A DNA stretch of 64,000 nt from Succinivibrio sp. (lineage in GTDB: Bacteria > Pseudomonadota > Gammaproteobacteria > Enterobacterales > Succinivibrionaceae): positions 13,089 through 77,088 of the forward strand of contig JAGBLM010000072.1 in assembly GCA_017635415.1 (NCBI GenBank), in the 5' to 3' direction. The translations under genes were made by a program, and so were the position numbers. The notes below the pieces were generated by a model. It saw only the letters and a program-made list of their open reading frames with translations, ran no database searches and was not told the origin of the DNA. Every line of letters starts with the position of its first letter. The first letter of the stretch is position 1. Shown one piece after another: positions 19,895 through 30,059 of this stretch.

Positions 19895-21316
19895 ATGACT
19901 GATAAGGCAGCGTTGAAAACATCTCAAATGAAGTCTTCGGGAGCGGACGCGGCTAAAGGTAAAGGCGCCACAGCGTCGGCATCTGTCAAACTGCCGCTGC
20001 TTGAAGAAATCAACCATAAATTTCAGGGCTTCCTGTCACAGCGCCTTAAGGCCTTTTTGCTTCACGATGTTGGTGTTGAACAGGTATCCTTGTCGGTCCT
20101 AAAAGCTGAAGATTATCTTGCGGAGGCAAGGAAAAAAGCTCTGATCACTTCAAATAGCCTAAAACCTCTCGATGGAATGGTACTGATTACCATTGACAAG
20201 GGATTGCTTGACAGTCTGGTTGACAATTATTTCGGTGGTCATGGTGCATATACACGTGATGATCTGGGGATGGGGGTTTCTTTTGTTGAATACAGGATGG
20301 CGGAAAGATTGCTGTCCTCAATCTATTTGTCCTACGAAATTGTTTTCTCTCCTCTTAAGAATATTATGTTTGGTTTTGCCGGCTTTCAGGGTAATCCTCC
20401 TGAGGATAAGACGGTAAACCCGGCTGAGTCTCTGATAGTCAGCAGATTTAAGGTTGATACCGGCAGCGGCTGTTCCTTTTTTGAGATCTGTTTTCAGAAC
20501 AGAACAGTACTTCCCATAAAAAAAGATCTGGCAGGTGAGATACCTTCAGGATTTTTCAACAAACTTAACGCTCCTGCTGATGAGGAGAAGGAGGAGGAGA
20601 GTGAAGAGCAGGACGGCACGAAAAAATCCAGAGTTGCTATTCTTGCCAGATTAAAACCGGTTGCTTTAGCTTCTCTTATCAACAATGAACATCCACAGGT
20701 TAAGGCGGTGATCCTGTCCTCACTGAACCCGGAAATAGCTATAAAAGCCCTTACCCATGTTCCTTTTGCAGTTTTATCGTCACTGATCTCACGTATTTCA
20801 ACACTCAAGGAAATACCTTCCCTGGCAGGCTGCGATTTTAACTCCATCATCAAGGCAAATCTTATTAAGGTGAAAGAGGAAAAGACCACTTTAATAAACG
20901 GTATCAGATCTGCCGCCTCGCTTCTGAAACTGTTTCCTCAAAAAATCAGAGACCTTGTGCTCAAAAATATAAGTGCTCAGGAGCCTAAACTGGCCTTAAG
21001 CATCAGATACAGATTGGTGGAGTTTGAGGAACTGTTTAAACTTGATCCTCTGTCGCTGCAGGAACTTCTGCGTAACGTGAATTACAGTACGCTACAGTAT
21101 GCTATGAGTGTACTTGGGGCATCGCAAAGAGAGTTTCTTTATAAGAATATGTCGCGCAAAATATCAGATGAACTTAAAAAGGACCTTGCGGCGATGAAGC
21201 CGGTGGAAAAAAGTGTGGTTGCCAAGGCCAGGCAGGAAATACTGGACGTTGCCTGTTCTCTTGCTGATAAAGAGGCAATTGTTCTGATTGCTGAAAGTGG
21301 CGAAAAGGATAAATGA
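19895..21316 (+). CDS. FliM middle domain fused to FliG middle and C-terminal domains
   Basis: aa ~32-212 align with local FliM (YFGGHG vs FFGGEG; LKPLDGMVLITI vs FRPLKGTALITL); aa ~250-465 align with local FliG (NNEHPQVKAVILSSL vs QNEHPQIQTIVLSYL; KNMS). Confidence 0.85.
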   Translation: MTDKAALKTSQMKSSGADAAKGKGATASASVKLPLLEEINHKFQGFLSQRLKAFLLHDVGVEQVSLSVLKAEDYLAEARKKALITSNSLKPLDGMVLITIDKGLLDSLVDNYFGGHGAYTRDDLGMGVSFVEYRMAERLLSSIYLSYEIVFSPLKNIMFGFAGFQGNPPEDKTVNPAESLIVSRFKVDTGSGCSFFEICFQNRTVLPIKKDLAGEIPSGFFNKLNAPADEEKEEESEEQDGTKKSRVAILARLKPVALASLINNEHPQVKAVILSSLNPEIAIKALTHVPFAVLSSLISRISTLKEIPSLAGCDFNSIIKANLIKVKEEKTTLINGIRSAASLLKLFPQKIRDLVLKNISAQEPKLALSIRYRLVEFEELFKLDPLSLQELLRNVNYSTLQYAMSVLGASQREFLYKNMSRKISDELKKDLAAMKPVEKSVVAKARQEILDVACSLADKEAIVLIAESGEKDK

Positions 21317-21340
21317 CAGTAAAGATGGTGGAAATAGAGA

Positions 21341-22618
21341 ATGTCTGAGAAAAAGCCTGCTAAGAGCGGAGACTTAAGCCTTCAGGTGGTATCAGGAGAA
21401 GATATTGTCAACAATAATCCTGAAAGAGTTGATATCCGCTTTGATAAGCCTCTGGCAGAGGTACTTCGTGCCGAAGATGTCGGCAGTTATGAAGTTAAGA
21501 AATGGCCGATGCTGGAAGAGCAGGATTTATCTCCAACCAATGCTATAGGTTATCCTACGGGCGCGTGGTTCAAGAAAAAGAAAGAAGAGTTAAGACGTCA
21601 GAAAGAAGAAGAGGAAAAAGCGGCCAGGGAAGCCGAACTTGCTGCAGCAGCTCAGGCTGAAGAAGAGAGAAAAAAACAGGAAGAGCAGCTTACGGTTGAA
21701 AACCTTGAGAAGATTCAGCGTGAAGCCTACGAGGAAGGTCACCAGGAAGGTCTGCAGCAGGGAAATGCAGAAGGCTTTGCCCAGGGACTTGAAAAGGGGC
21801 ATCAGGAAGGCTTTGATAAAGGTGTCAATGAAGGATTGCAGAAAGGCTACGACGATGGCTATATCAAGGGACGTGAAGAAGGGTTCAGGAAAGGTCACGA
21901 GGAGGGGCTGCAGGGTGGAGAGAGCATTGTGCTAGAACAGGTTGAGCGGTTCAGGCATCTTGCTGACAAACTTGCCAATCCTCTTCGCGAGGTGGATCGG
22001 GATGTTACCGATGAAATTGTTTATCTTATTTCCCGTCTTGCCAAGGTGGTCATCGGACATGAGATCAAAGGTGATCTTGGTTATTTGAAAAACTCCTTGG
22101 ATAAGGCCATTGCCGTTCTGCCTAATGCTGACAAAGGTGCAAAACTGTATTTGAATCCTGATGATAAGGTTCTTATTGAAACATCCTTAGGCAAAGAATA
22201 TCTGCAAGAACAGAAATGGGATTTAAATGAAGATCCTGATCTGGACATCGGTGATGTGAAGGTAATCAATGAGGCCTCAACAGTAAACTGGCGTTTGAAT
22301 GACCGTATCGATTCTTTGCTTGAGGATTTCCTCGGCAATGCCTCGGTAGCAGTGGATAAGGCCCTTCGTGAAGATATTGAGGGTGCTCCTGGCTATGATG
22401 AGATCCCGCCGAAACCTTTAGCGCCACCTCCGGATCTGACCGCGGTGATGCAGAAACATATGCAGACTACAGTTGCCCCTGTCGTAGAGGATGTCAAGGC
22501 TGAAAATGTCAGTAGGGAAGCTGTTCAGCAGGAGAATGACGGAACTCTCAAGGAGGCTGAACGCGCCCTTTTGGAAGGAGCAGAAAAGAACGTGCTTTCC
22601 CAAGAGGAGGTTAAATGA
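21341..22618 (+). CDS. fliH: Flagellar export protein FliH
   Basis: Long AxxxG(xxxG)n repeat, YLNPDD; overlaps the fliI start. Confidence 0.9.
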   Translation: MSEKKPAKSGDLSLQVVSGEDIVNNNPERVDIRFDKPLAEVLRAEDVGSYEVKKWPMLEEQDLSPTNAIGYPTGAWFKKKKEELRRQKEEEEKAAREAELAAAAQAEEERKKQEEQLTVENLEKIQREAYEEGHQEGLQQGNAEGFAQGLEKGHQEGFDKGVNEGLQKGYDDGYIKGREEGFRKGHEEGLQGGESIVLEQVERFRHLADKLANPLREVDRDVTDEIVYLISRLAKVVIGHEIKGDLGYLKNSLDKAIAVLPNADKGAKLYLNPDDKVLIETSLGKEYLQEQKWDLNEDPDLDIGDVKVINEASTVNWRLNDRIDSLLEDFLGNASVAVDKALREDIEGAPGYDEIPPKPLAPPPDLTAVMQKHMQTTVAPVVEDVKAENVSREAVQQENDGTLKEAERALLEGAEKNVLSQEEVK

Positions 22619-24054
22619 ATCTTCTCGCTGAGCGTTTGCGTTCCATTGAAATTCCAGAACAGGAAGTATCTCCGGTCCTGACCGGTTACCTGACAAGAGT
22701 GGTGGGACTCACACTTGAGGCCAGAGGTATCAAGGTACCATTAGGTCAAAGATGCAGAATTGACACCGTTGAGGGACCTATGAGTGCTGAAGTAGTGGGC
22801 TTTTCCGGCGATACCACCTACCTGATGCCAACAACAGAGATCAGCGGCGTACAGAGTGGTGATACCGTTACCCCTGTGAAAGGTTTGGATACCTATCCCT
22901 ACGGTGATCATCTTTTGGGCAGAGTACTTGACGGCATCGGAAACCCTATTGACGGCAAGGGTCCGCTGGTGGCAAGTACTGCCACCAGATGGCGTCCGTC
23001 CAAGATCAATCCGATGGCCAAAAAGCCTATTAAGCAGCCTCTTGATGTCGGGGTAAGAGCGATTAACGCTCTGCTGACCATCGGTCAGGGACAGCGTATG
23101 GGACTGTTTGCCGGTTCCGGTGTAGGTAAATCTGTGCTCCTGGGCATGATGACCAGAGGATCTGCTGCTGATGTTGTCGTTGTCGGTCTGGTGGGCGAGC
23201 GTGGTAGAGAGGTTAAGGAGTTTATTGAGGATATTTTAGGTCCCGAAGGTAGAGCCAGAAGTGTGGTCATTGCCGCACCTGCCGATGCTTCTCCACTTAT
23301 GAGACTTAAGGGCTGTGAAACGACCCTCGCTATAGCTGAATATTTCAGAGATCAGGGGCGTAATGTGCTACTGCTGATAGATTCTCTGACCCGTTATGCC
23401 ATGGCCCAGCGAGAAATAGCTCTCGCGGTCGGAGAACCGCCGGCAACAAAAGGTTATCCTCCTTCTGTTTTTGCCAGACTGCCAGCTCTGGTGGAACGCG
23501 CCGGTAACGGAGCAGAAGGGCAGGGGTCCATTACCGCCTTTTTTACTGTTCTGGTCGAAGGTGATGATCTTCAGGATCCGATCGCCGATTCAGCACGAGC
23601 GATTCTGGACGGTCATATCGTTTTATCGCGTAAGCTTGCCGATGCCGGGCATTATCCTGCTATTGATATTGAAAAATCAATAAGCCGTGTTATGCCAGCG
23701 GTGGTCACGCAGGATCATCTTATTATGGCCAGAACCATAAGACAGTGTCTTGCCCAATATAATCAGAGCAGTGAACTTATCCAGATTGGTGCCTATCAGA
23801 AAGGATCGGATCCGAGAATTGACCAGGCTATAATGATTAAACCTTATATCGATGAATTCTCGCAGCAGGATTTTCGTGCGGTAATTCCCTATGCGCAGTC
23901 TCTTGAGGAATTAAAACAGTTATCGATGATTCTCGTACAGGATGCCCAGGAAAAGGTGAATGCTCTGCAGCAGAGTCAGGGACAGTTGCAGCCTCCTAAT
24001 GCTCAGACCGGGCATAAACCTGTTGCCTCTATGCAGTTTAACCGGACAAATTAG
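22615..24054 (+). CDS. fliI: Flagellar export ATPase FliI
   Basis: [40 protein letters not shown]. Confidence 0.97.
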   Translation: MNLLAERLRSIEIPEQEVSPVLTGYLTRVVGLTLEARGIKVPLGQRCRIDTVEGPMSAEVVGFSGDTTYLMPTTEISGVQSGDTVTPVKGLDTYPYGDHLLGRVLDGIGNPIDGKGPLVASTATRWRPSKINPMAKKPIKQPLDVGVRAINALLTIGQGQRMGLFAGSGVGKSVLLGMMTRGSAADVVVVGLVGERGREVKEFIEDILGPEGRARSVVIAAPADASPLMRLKGCETTLAIAEYFRDQGRNVLLLIDSLTRYAMAQREIALAVGEPPATKGYPPSVFARLPALVERAGNGAEGQGSITAFFTVLVEGDDLQDPIADSARAILDGHIVLSRKLADAGHYPAIDIEKSISRVMPAVVTQDHLIMARTIRQCLAQYNQSSELIQIGAYQKGSDPRIDQAIMIKPYIDEFSQQDFRAVIPYAQSLEELKQLSMILVQDAQEKVNALQQSQGQLQPPNAQTGHKPVASMQFNRTN

Positions 24055-24063
24055 GATCGCTAA

Positions 24064-24516
24064 ATGGCTGATGATCGTGCTCTGCGTCTGGTGCTTGACA
24101 TGCGCAAGAAAGAGGAGAAGGCTGCTCTTGAAGAGTATATCCAGTCTAATCAGGCAATCCTTTCCTTTGAGAATCAGTTAAAGCAGTTGCGTGAGTTCCG
24201 TAATATCTACAATCAGGAACTGGCCGACAGGACACAGAACGGTATGAGCATGACCGTTTTTCTGTCCTATGAAAATTTTCTTGGAAAACTTGAGCTGGTT
24301 GAACAGCGTCAGGAAAAGACTCTGCAGAAACTTCGCGAGCGCGCGGAAGTTTTAAGACAGCAGTACCTTAAGATGCAGCAGCGTCGCAAAATTATTGAAG
24401 CACTTCTTGAAAAGCATCGTCAGGATGCTATAGCGGCAGAACTTAAAGCAGAACAGAAACTTACGGACGATATAGTCAGTTCCAAACAGGCTCGACTGCT
24501 TATGGAAAAAAAATGA
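24064..24516 (+). CDS. fliJ: Flagellar export protein FliJ
   Basis: 150-aa coiled coil after fliI ending AEQKLTDD. Confidence 0.85.
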   Translation: MADDRALRLVLDMRKKEEKAALEEYIQSNQAILSFENQLKQLREFRNIYNQELADRTQNGMSMTVFLSYENFLGKLELVEQRQEKTLQKLRERAEVLRQQYLKMQQRRKIIEALLEKHRQDAIAAELKAEQKLTDDIVSSKQARLLMEKK

Positions 24517-24527
24517 CCGCTGAAAAC

Positions 24528-24543
24528 TGGCAGAATACTTGCA
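24528..24543 (+). promoter_or_regulatory. Sigma-54 promoter upstream of fliK
   Basis: TGGCAGAATACTTGCA, with correctly spaced GG-N10-GC. Confidence 0.8.
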
Positions 24544-24637
24544 TTAAATTCTTTATAAAAAATCTTAGTAATGAATACCAAAAAATTACTTTGGAATATA
24601 AAGAAGTTATAAGCCTCCCGAATTTTAGGAGCAATTG

Positions 24638-26464
24638 ATGATGCAGAGTATAAACAATCAACTAAATATAAAAAAGGAAAGTATTGCCGCTGATGGCAGA
24701 AACAGTTCCTTAAAACAGGATGGAGCTGATTTTCTGTCGACTCTTTCTGCTTTGTATTCTGTCAATCAGAACGGAGATAACAGTTCCCTGCGTGCCGTAT
24801 ACAACAGTATTCAGCACATTCGTGACAGAAATGACGGCTATGCCGGAGGTGTTGATGCCTCAAGGTACAGTTCGGTCTTAAGAGTCTTTGATAGGGATGA
24901 AAAACGTCAGCACAAGGATGAGTTCGGACTCAGAGTCTCAGAGTCTGACCGCAGTCGTAGCGCAACAGTACAGTCAACTGAGGGCGACGCGAAAAAAGCA
25001 GCGGTGAAAGTGCAGAAAAATCCAGAGGAGACAAAAACTCATGACCGACCGTCCCTTCCTATGACTGACGAAAAGGTTTCGTCAGATGACGAGCTGTCTT
25101 GCAGTACGGACAAAGGTGCAGTGCAGAACAAAGGTACTGAGACGATTGCTGATTTTTTAAACGTCAATGAGCAGTTCTCATCTCAGAGCAGTGAGTCGGC
25201 GCAGAACGATGTCACGGCAACGCTTGATGAAAATGAAAAACTGCTTCTTACAACTGCATTTTTTGCCGAAGAGTCTGTGGGACCTGATGAAACAGCAGGG
25301 GTGTCAGACTCTGCAGATATGCTTAAATTTTCCTGTCCGAACGGTGAAAATCTTCCTGAGGAAAGTGCAGGTCTTTTATCGTTGCTGTATAAAAATGTTA
25401 TTTCCACAGATGGACAGAAAACGGAACAGGCCTCACGTCAGATGGCGATGATGTCAGATGATTCTCTGGAAGTTGATTTGAACAGAATCATTGCAGATCT
25501 TCAGCACAGTGCGCAGACGACTGCTGTTGAGGAATCTTCTGATGCTGCCGAGGATATGGCAAAACTGGTGGAATCATCAGGAGTAACCTCCATATCCTTG
25601 CAGAGTTCAGAATCTGAGGTGGACCTTGATGCCCAGCTTGCCTCCATGGAAGAATTACAGAATATTGATGACAGTCTTAAGCTTGCCAGGGTTATCAGAA
25701 CGCAAAACGATCAGCTCCCTGGAGATGATTCCGACCACGGTCAGCATGGTGCTGAAACGTTGAACTACGGTCAGGCTTTGAAGACTCTACGTGAGGCTAC
25801 AGGACAGGAAATTGAGAACTTAGGTGTTGATGAATCTGCCGAAAGTATTCTGAATACCGCTGTGACTGAACAGATACCGACCGCTGAACATGGTAATGTA
25901 AATGCCTCCAGACAGGTTGATGTGAACAGCTTAAGTTTTGGGCAGAACGTTACTAATGAACTGAATTCTGCGGTGACGGGTGGAAAAGAGACAGCCTTAA
26001 ATGATTTATTGTCGCTGTCATCTGATCTGCGTAAAAATGCTGAGGAACTGACCAGAAAGGTTATGGAGATGGCGGCAAGAAACCTCAGGCAGATGGAACT
26101 GAACCTGAATCCTGAAAGTCTTGGTAAAATGAAGATCTGTATTGATTTGAGCGGTACTAACGAGATTACCAGGATCACCGTAGCAGCCTCTGAAGCAGGA
26201 ACTAGGGATCTGATTGCTCAGACTCTTGGCAGACTGCGTGAACAGCTTGAATTAGTCGGCAGTGAGGTTGAGACCGCTCTTGCTGATTATCAGGAGCAGT
26301 CCGGAGAGAACGGTTTTGCGCAGAACGATGAACGATCTGCACCGAATGAGGATCATGCGGAAACGGTCTTTGCGGACAATGCTGAAAAGGTGAGTGAAGA
26401 TGATAAGGTTGATGAAACACAGATAAACTCACAAAATGGTGAACGTGTAAGCTACTTTGCTTAA
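24638..26464 (+). CDS. fliK: Hook-length control protein FliK
   Basis: Low-complexity N-terminal region; C-terminal MELNLNPESLGKMKI; lies between fliJ and fliL. Confidence 0.85.
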   Translation: MMQSINNQLNIKKESIAADGRNSSLKQDGADFLSTLSALYSVNQNGDNSSLRAVYNSIQHIRDRNDGYAGGVDASRYSSVLRVFDRDEKRQHKDEFGLRVSESDRSRSATVQSTEGDAKKAAVKVQKNPEETKTHDRPSLPMTDEKVSSDDELSCSTDKGAVQNKGTETIADFLNVNEQFSSQSSESAQNDVTATLDENEKLLLTTAFFAEESVGPDETAGVSDSADMLKFSCPNGENLPEESAGLLSLLYKNVISTDGQKTEQASRQMAMMSDDSLEVDLNRIIADLQHSAQTTAVEESSDAAEDMAKLVESSGVTSISLQSSESEVDLDAQLASMEELQNIDDSLKLARVIRTQNDQLPGDDSDHGQHGAETLNYGQALKTLREATGQEIENLGVDESAESILNTAVTEQIPTAEHGNVNASRQVDVNSLSFGQNVTNELNSAVTGGKETALNDLLSLSSDLRKNAEELTRKVMEMAARNLRQMELNLNPESLGKMKICIDLSGTNEITRITVAASEAGTRDLIAQTLGRLREQLELVGSEVETALADYQEQSGENGFAQNDERSAPNEDHAETVFADNAEKVSEDDKVDETQINSQNGERVSYFA

Positions 26465-26515
26465 CAAATCAAAGTATTACAGCCATAATATGAACATTAT
26501 ACGAAGGAGAGAGTT

Positions 26516-27055
26516 ATGGCCAAAAAAGAGAGTGATGCTGAAGAACTTGAGACTCCGAAAAAGGGAAAAAAGTTTCTTCTGCTTTTGATAGTTCTTGTTC
26601 TCCTGCTTTTAGGTGGTGGTTATACAGGAGTGGCGTATTTTCTTGAGTTGCCTCCTTTTGAGCCGCAGGGACCGACCCCTGAGGAGATTGCCGCCCAGCT
26701 TGCAAAAGAGGAAGCGGAGCAGGCTGCAAAGACCAAGGATATATACGTCAAATTCGAAAAGCCTTTTGTCTTCAATCTTAAAGGAACCAGTAAACGTCCG
26801 CATACCGGACAGGTTGAAGTTGTTCTGGTTGTTTCCGGTCCTGATAATGAAGCGCTGGCAAAACAGCACCTTACCCTGTTAAACAGTACGTTTTTTGATG
26901 CTCTGGCAGGGCAGAACTATGAGGAACTGTTAAAGCCTAGCGGACGAGAGAGACTTAAGAGTGTTCTGCTTGATCTGGCACGTGCAAAAATGTCAGAGAT
27001 GGTGAAAGCTCCTGTCGTCGAGCATGTTCTGATTACCAGTTTTGTTGTGCAGTAG
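26516..27055 (+). CDS. fliL: FliL
   Basis: N-terminal TM, PFVFNL, VLITSFVVQ. Confidence 0.92.
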   Translation: MAKKESDAEELETPKKGKKFLLLLIVLVLLLLGGGYTGVAYFLELPPFEPQGPTPEEIAAQLAKEEAEQAAKTKDIYVKFEKPFVFNLKGTSKRPHTGQVEVVLVVSGPDNEALAKQHLTLLNSTFFDALAGQNYEELLKPSGRERLKSVLLDLARAKMSEMVKAPVVEHVLITSFVVQ

Positions 27056-27067
27056 CAGGGGTATTCC

Positions 27068-28117
27068 GTGACAGAGATTTTAAGTCAGGAAGAGATTGAT
27101 GCTCTGCTGCACGGCGGAGCAGATGAGGTTGAACCTGACGAGCCGAAGGACGACAGTGGTGTCAAATCGTTTGATTTTGGCTCCCAGGAGCGTATTGTCC
27201 GCGGTCGTATGCCGACTCTGGAACTGGTCGACGAACGTTTTGCCAGACACATGCGTATCAGTCTGTTCAACATGATGAGGCATACTGCTGAAGTCACCTG
27301 GAACGGTGTGGAAATGAAAAAGTTCGGTGAATATACGCAGGAACTGTATGTTCCGACCTCACTGAATATGGTTCGTTTCAGACCGTTAAAGGGTACTGCA
27401 CTTATCACTCTTGAGGCGAAGCTGGTTTTCATTCTGGTGGAAAACTTCTTTGGCGGTGAAGGCAGATTCAGAACAAAAATTGAAGGCCGTGAGTTTACAC
27501 CGACCGAACGCCGAATCATCCAGAAACTCCTGAAAATGGTGTTTGGAGACTATAAGGAAGCATGGTCTCCGGTGATGGATGTTGAATTTGAGTATCTTGA
27601 TTCTGAAGTTAACCCGGCTATGGCCAATATCGTCAGTCCAAGCGAGGTGTTGGTCGTAAACAAGTTCCATATTGATCTGGACGGTGGCGGCGGAGACATG
27701 CATATCTGTTTCCCTTATTCCATGATTGAACCGATTCGGGAACTGCTCGATGCCGGTGTGCAGAGTGATAAGGGTGACACTGATGTGCGCTGGAATAAGG
27801 CCCTGCGTGAAGAGGTTATGGACGTCAATGTTGACATGAGGGTTAAGCTTCTCGATACCGAAGTCTCTCTTCAGGATGTTATGAACTTCAAGCCTGGCGA
27901 CATTCTGCAGGTAGATATTCCGGATGATCTTCTGGTTTATATAGAAGAGTTGCCGAGTTACCATGCAAAACTTGGCAGGACACAGGATAAACTTGCCATC
28001 AAGATAAGCAAGGTTCTGGAACGTCCTCAGTCAATGAAGAGTGATATGACCTTCCTCAAGGGTAACGGTGTTGCCATTAACGATGAAGATGATATTGAAG
28101 ATTTCGATGACGATTAA
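27068..28117 (+). CDS. fliM: C-ring switch protein FliM (canonical)
   Basis: LSQEEIDALL CheY-binding peptide, FFGGEG, C-terminal SPOA domain. Confidence 0.97.
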   Translation: MTEILSQEEIDALLHGGADEVEPDEPKDDSGVKSFDFGSQERIVRGRMPTLELVDERFARHMRISLFNMMRHTAEVTWNGVEMKKFGEYTQELYVPTSLNMVRFRPLKGTALITLEAKLVFILVENFFGGEGRFRTKIEGREFTPTERRIIQKLLKMVFGDYKEAWSPVMDVEFEYLDSEVNPAMANIVSPSEVLVVNKFHIDLDGGGGDMHICFPYSMIEPIRELLDAGVQSDKGDTDVRWNKALREEVMDVNVDMRVKLLDTEVSLQDVMNFKPGDILQVDIPDDLLVYIEELPSYHAKLGRTQDKLAIKISKVLERPQSMKSDMTFLKGNGVAINDEDDIEDFDDD

Positions 28118-28129
28118 TTTGGAGTGATT

Positions 28130-28549
28130 ATGTCTGATGAAGATCAGAAATTAGCCGATGAGTGGGCTGCTGCCTTATCTGCACAGGAAAACGCTACAGA
28201 CGGAGAAGGTGCGGGCGATCCTGCTGGGGCTGAATTACAGCAGTTTGAGGAAACCTCTGATTCCAAGGCTCCGCTGTCACGTGAAGAGCGCAAGAAACTT
28301 GATGCTATTTTGGATATTCCTGTAACCATTACCATGGAGGTGGGGCATGCCAAGATCAGTATTCGTAATCTGCTCCAGTTGAATCAGGGATCGGTAATCG
28401 AACTTGAGAGACTTGCCGGAGAACCTTTGGATGTTCTGGTTAACGGTACACTGATTGCTCACGGTGAGGTAGTTGTGGTTAACGATAAGTTTGGTATCAG
28501 ACTTACCGATGTCATCAGTCAGATAGAACGTATCAAGAAGCTCAAATAG
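28130..28549 (+). CDS. fliN: FliN
   Basis: LDIPVTITMEVG...GEVVVVNDKFGIR. Confidence 0.97.
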   Translation: MSDEDQKLADEWAAALSAQENATDGEGAGDPAGAELQQFEETSDSKAPLSREERKKLDAILDIPVTITMEVGHAKISIRNLLQLNQGSVIELERLAGEPLDVLVNGTLIAHGEVVVVNDKFGIRLTDVISQIERIKKLK

Positions 28550-28550
28550 T

Positions 28551-28991
28551 ATGTATCTCAAAACCGCCGTTTCAGTCTTTGCTGCGCTGTTCTGTCCGTG
28601 GCTGACGGTTGACGCAGAAGAAGCAAATGCTACTTTGAACAGTTCATCCGTCGGCATGTTATCAGGTCTGTTAACCTGGTTGGTTTCAACCGTTGCCATA
28701 CTGGCCTTCATTTTTCTGTTAGCCTATCTTTTAAAACGAAGTAAGTTTGCCATGCGGCGGAATGGGGCCTTGTCTGTTGTCGCACAGCTTCCGTTAGGCC
28801 CGAAGGAGAGGGTGGTTGAACTTGAGGTGCACGGGCGAAGAATGCTTCTGGGTGTAACTGCCAACAACATCAGTTTCCTTACTCATATCCCTGATGATCT
28901 GAATGAGAAGGATTTTGCCAAGGAGTTGAGTGTTGAACTTAAGAAAGAAGAAAGGGATAAGTCACTCGATGAGAAGAAGCAGTCAGAGTGA
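28551..28991 (+). CDS. fliO: FliO
   Basis: TM plus LPLGPKERVV..LLGVT. Confidence 0.88.
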   Translation: MYLKTAVSVFAALFCPWLTVDAEEANATLNSSSVGMLSGLLTWLVSTVAILAFIFLLAYLLKRSKFAMRRNGALSVVAQLPLGPKERVVELEVHGRRMLLGVTANNISFLTHIPDDLNEKDFAKELSVELKKEERDKSLDEKKQSE

Positions 28992-29778
28992 TAAGTTAAG
29001 GGGACTGAAGAAGACTTTTGCCATCAGTTCCTTAATCGCGCTTATAAGCGGACTGATGCTTATTATCATGCCGACTGCCTACGGTGCAGATCTCGACCTT
29101 AGCGCCTTCAGTGTTAAGACACTGCCTGACGGTACGCAGGATTACAGCATGTCTATTCAGGTGCTGTTCCTGATAACTCTGATGTCTTTCCTGCCGTCAA
29201 TACTGATCATGACGACCTCTTTCGTGCGTATTTCCATCGTGATGGTAATTTTGAGGCAGGCAGTAGGTTTACAGAGTTCGCCATCAAATCAGATCATAGT
29301 CGGCATCTCGCTGTTTCTGACCATTTTCATCATGACTCCGGTTTTCGATGATATCTACAATCAGGCCATAGTGCCTTATATGAACGATGAGATCTTGGCC
29401 AGAGAGGCTTTGGATAAAGGTCAGGTCCCTCTCAAGAAATTTATGGTTGAACAGACCAGAGTAACGGATCTCAATTCCTTTGCGCAGTACGCCAATGTGA
29501 CGGCGGACAGACCGGTGGATTTGCCTATCAGAGTAATTATTCCGGCCTTCATGTTAAGTGAACTTAAGACCGCCTTTCAGATTGGTTTTATGATTTTTCT
29601 GCCGTTTCTGATCATTGACCTGGTTGTGGCCTCAATTCTCATGGCCATGGGTATGATGATGCTCTCGCCGATGGTGGTGTCCTTGCCGTTTAAACTGATG
29701 CTCTTTGTCATGGTTGATGGCTGGTCTTTAATTCTGGGTACTCTGGTGCAGAGTTATGGCATAGGCGTGCCTTCATAA
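28969..29778 (+). CDS. fliP: FliP
   Basis: TSFVRI, PAFMLSELKTAFQIGF, SLPFKLMLFVMVDGW. Confidence 0.96.
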   Translation: MRRSSQSDKLRGLKKTFAISSLIALISGLMLIIMPTAYGADLDLSAFSVKTLPDGTQDYSMSIQVLFLITLMSFLPSILIMTTSFVRISIVMVILRQAVGLQSSPSNQIIVGISLFLTIFIMTPVFDDIYNQAIVPYMNDEILAREALDKGQVPLKKFMVEQTRVTDLNSFAQYANVTADRPVDLPIRVIIPAFMLSELKTAFQIGFMIFLPFLIIDLVVASILMAMGMMMLSPMVVSLPFKLMLFVMVDGWSLILGTLVQSYGIGVPS

Positions 29779-29789
29779 GGGGAGAGTTT

Positions 29790-30059
29790 ATGGAGCCGGA
29801 AGTTTTTGTTGATATTGTCAGACAGGCTCTTGGTCTGGTGGCCATTTTGGTCTCCGCATCGATTCTGCCTTCCCTATGCGTAGGTTTATGTGTTTCGATT
29901 TTTCAGGCGGCGACTTCGATTAACGAACAGACTCTGTCTTTTCTGCCGCGTCTTATAGTGACAGTGCTGGCCCTGATGGTAGGTGCCCATTGGGGACTTG
30001 AAAAACTGATGACCTTCTTTTTCAATATGGTCGAGATGATTCCGCAGGTAATTGGGTAA
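29790..30059 (+). CDS. fliQ: FliQ
   Basis: FQAATSINEQTLSFLPR. Confidence 0.96.
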   Translation: MEPEVFVDIVRQALGLVAILVSASILPSLCVGLCVSIFQAATSINEQTLSFLPRLIVTVLALMVGAHWGLEKLMTFFFNMVEMIPQVIG

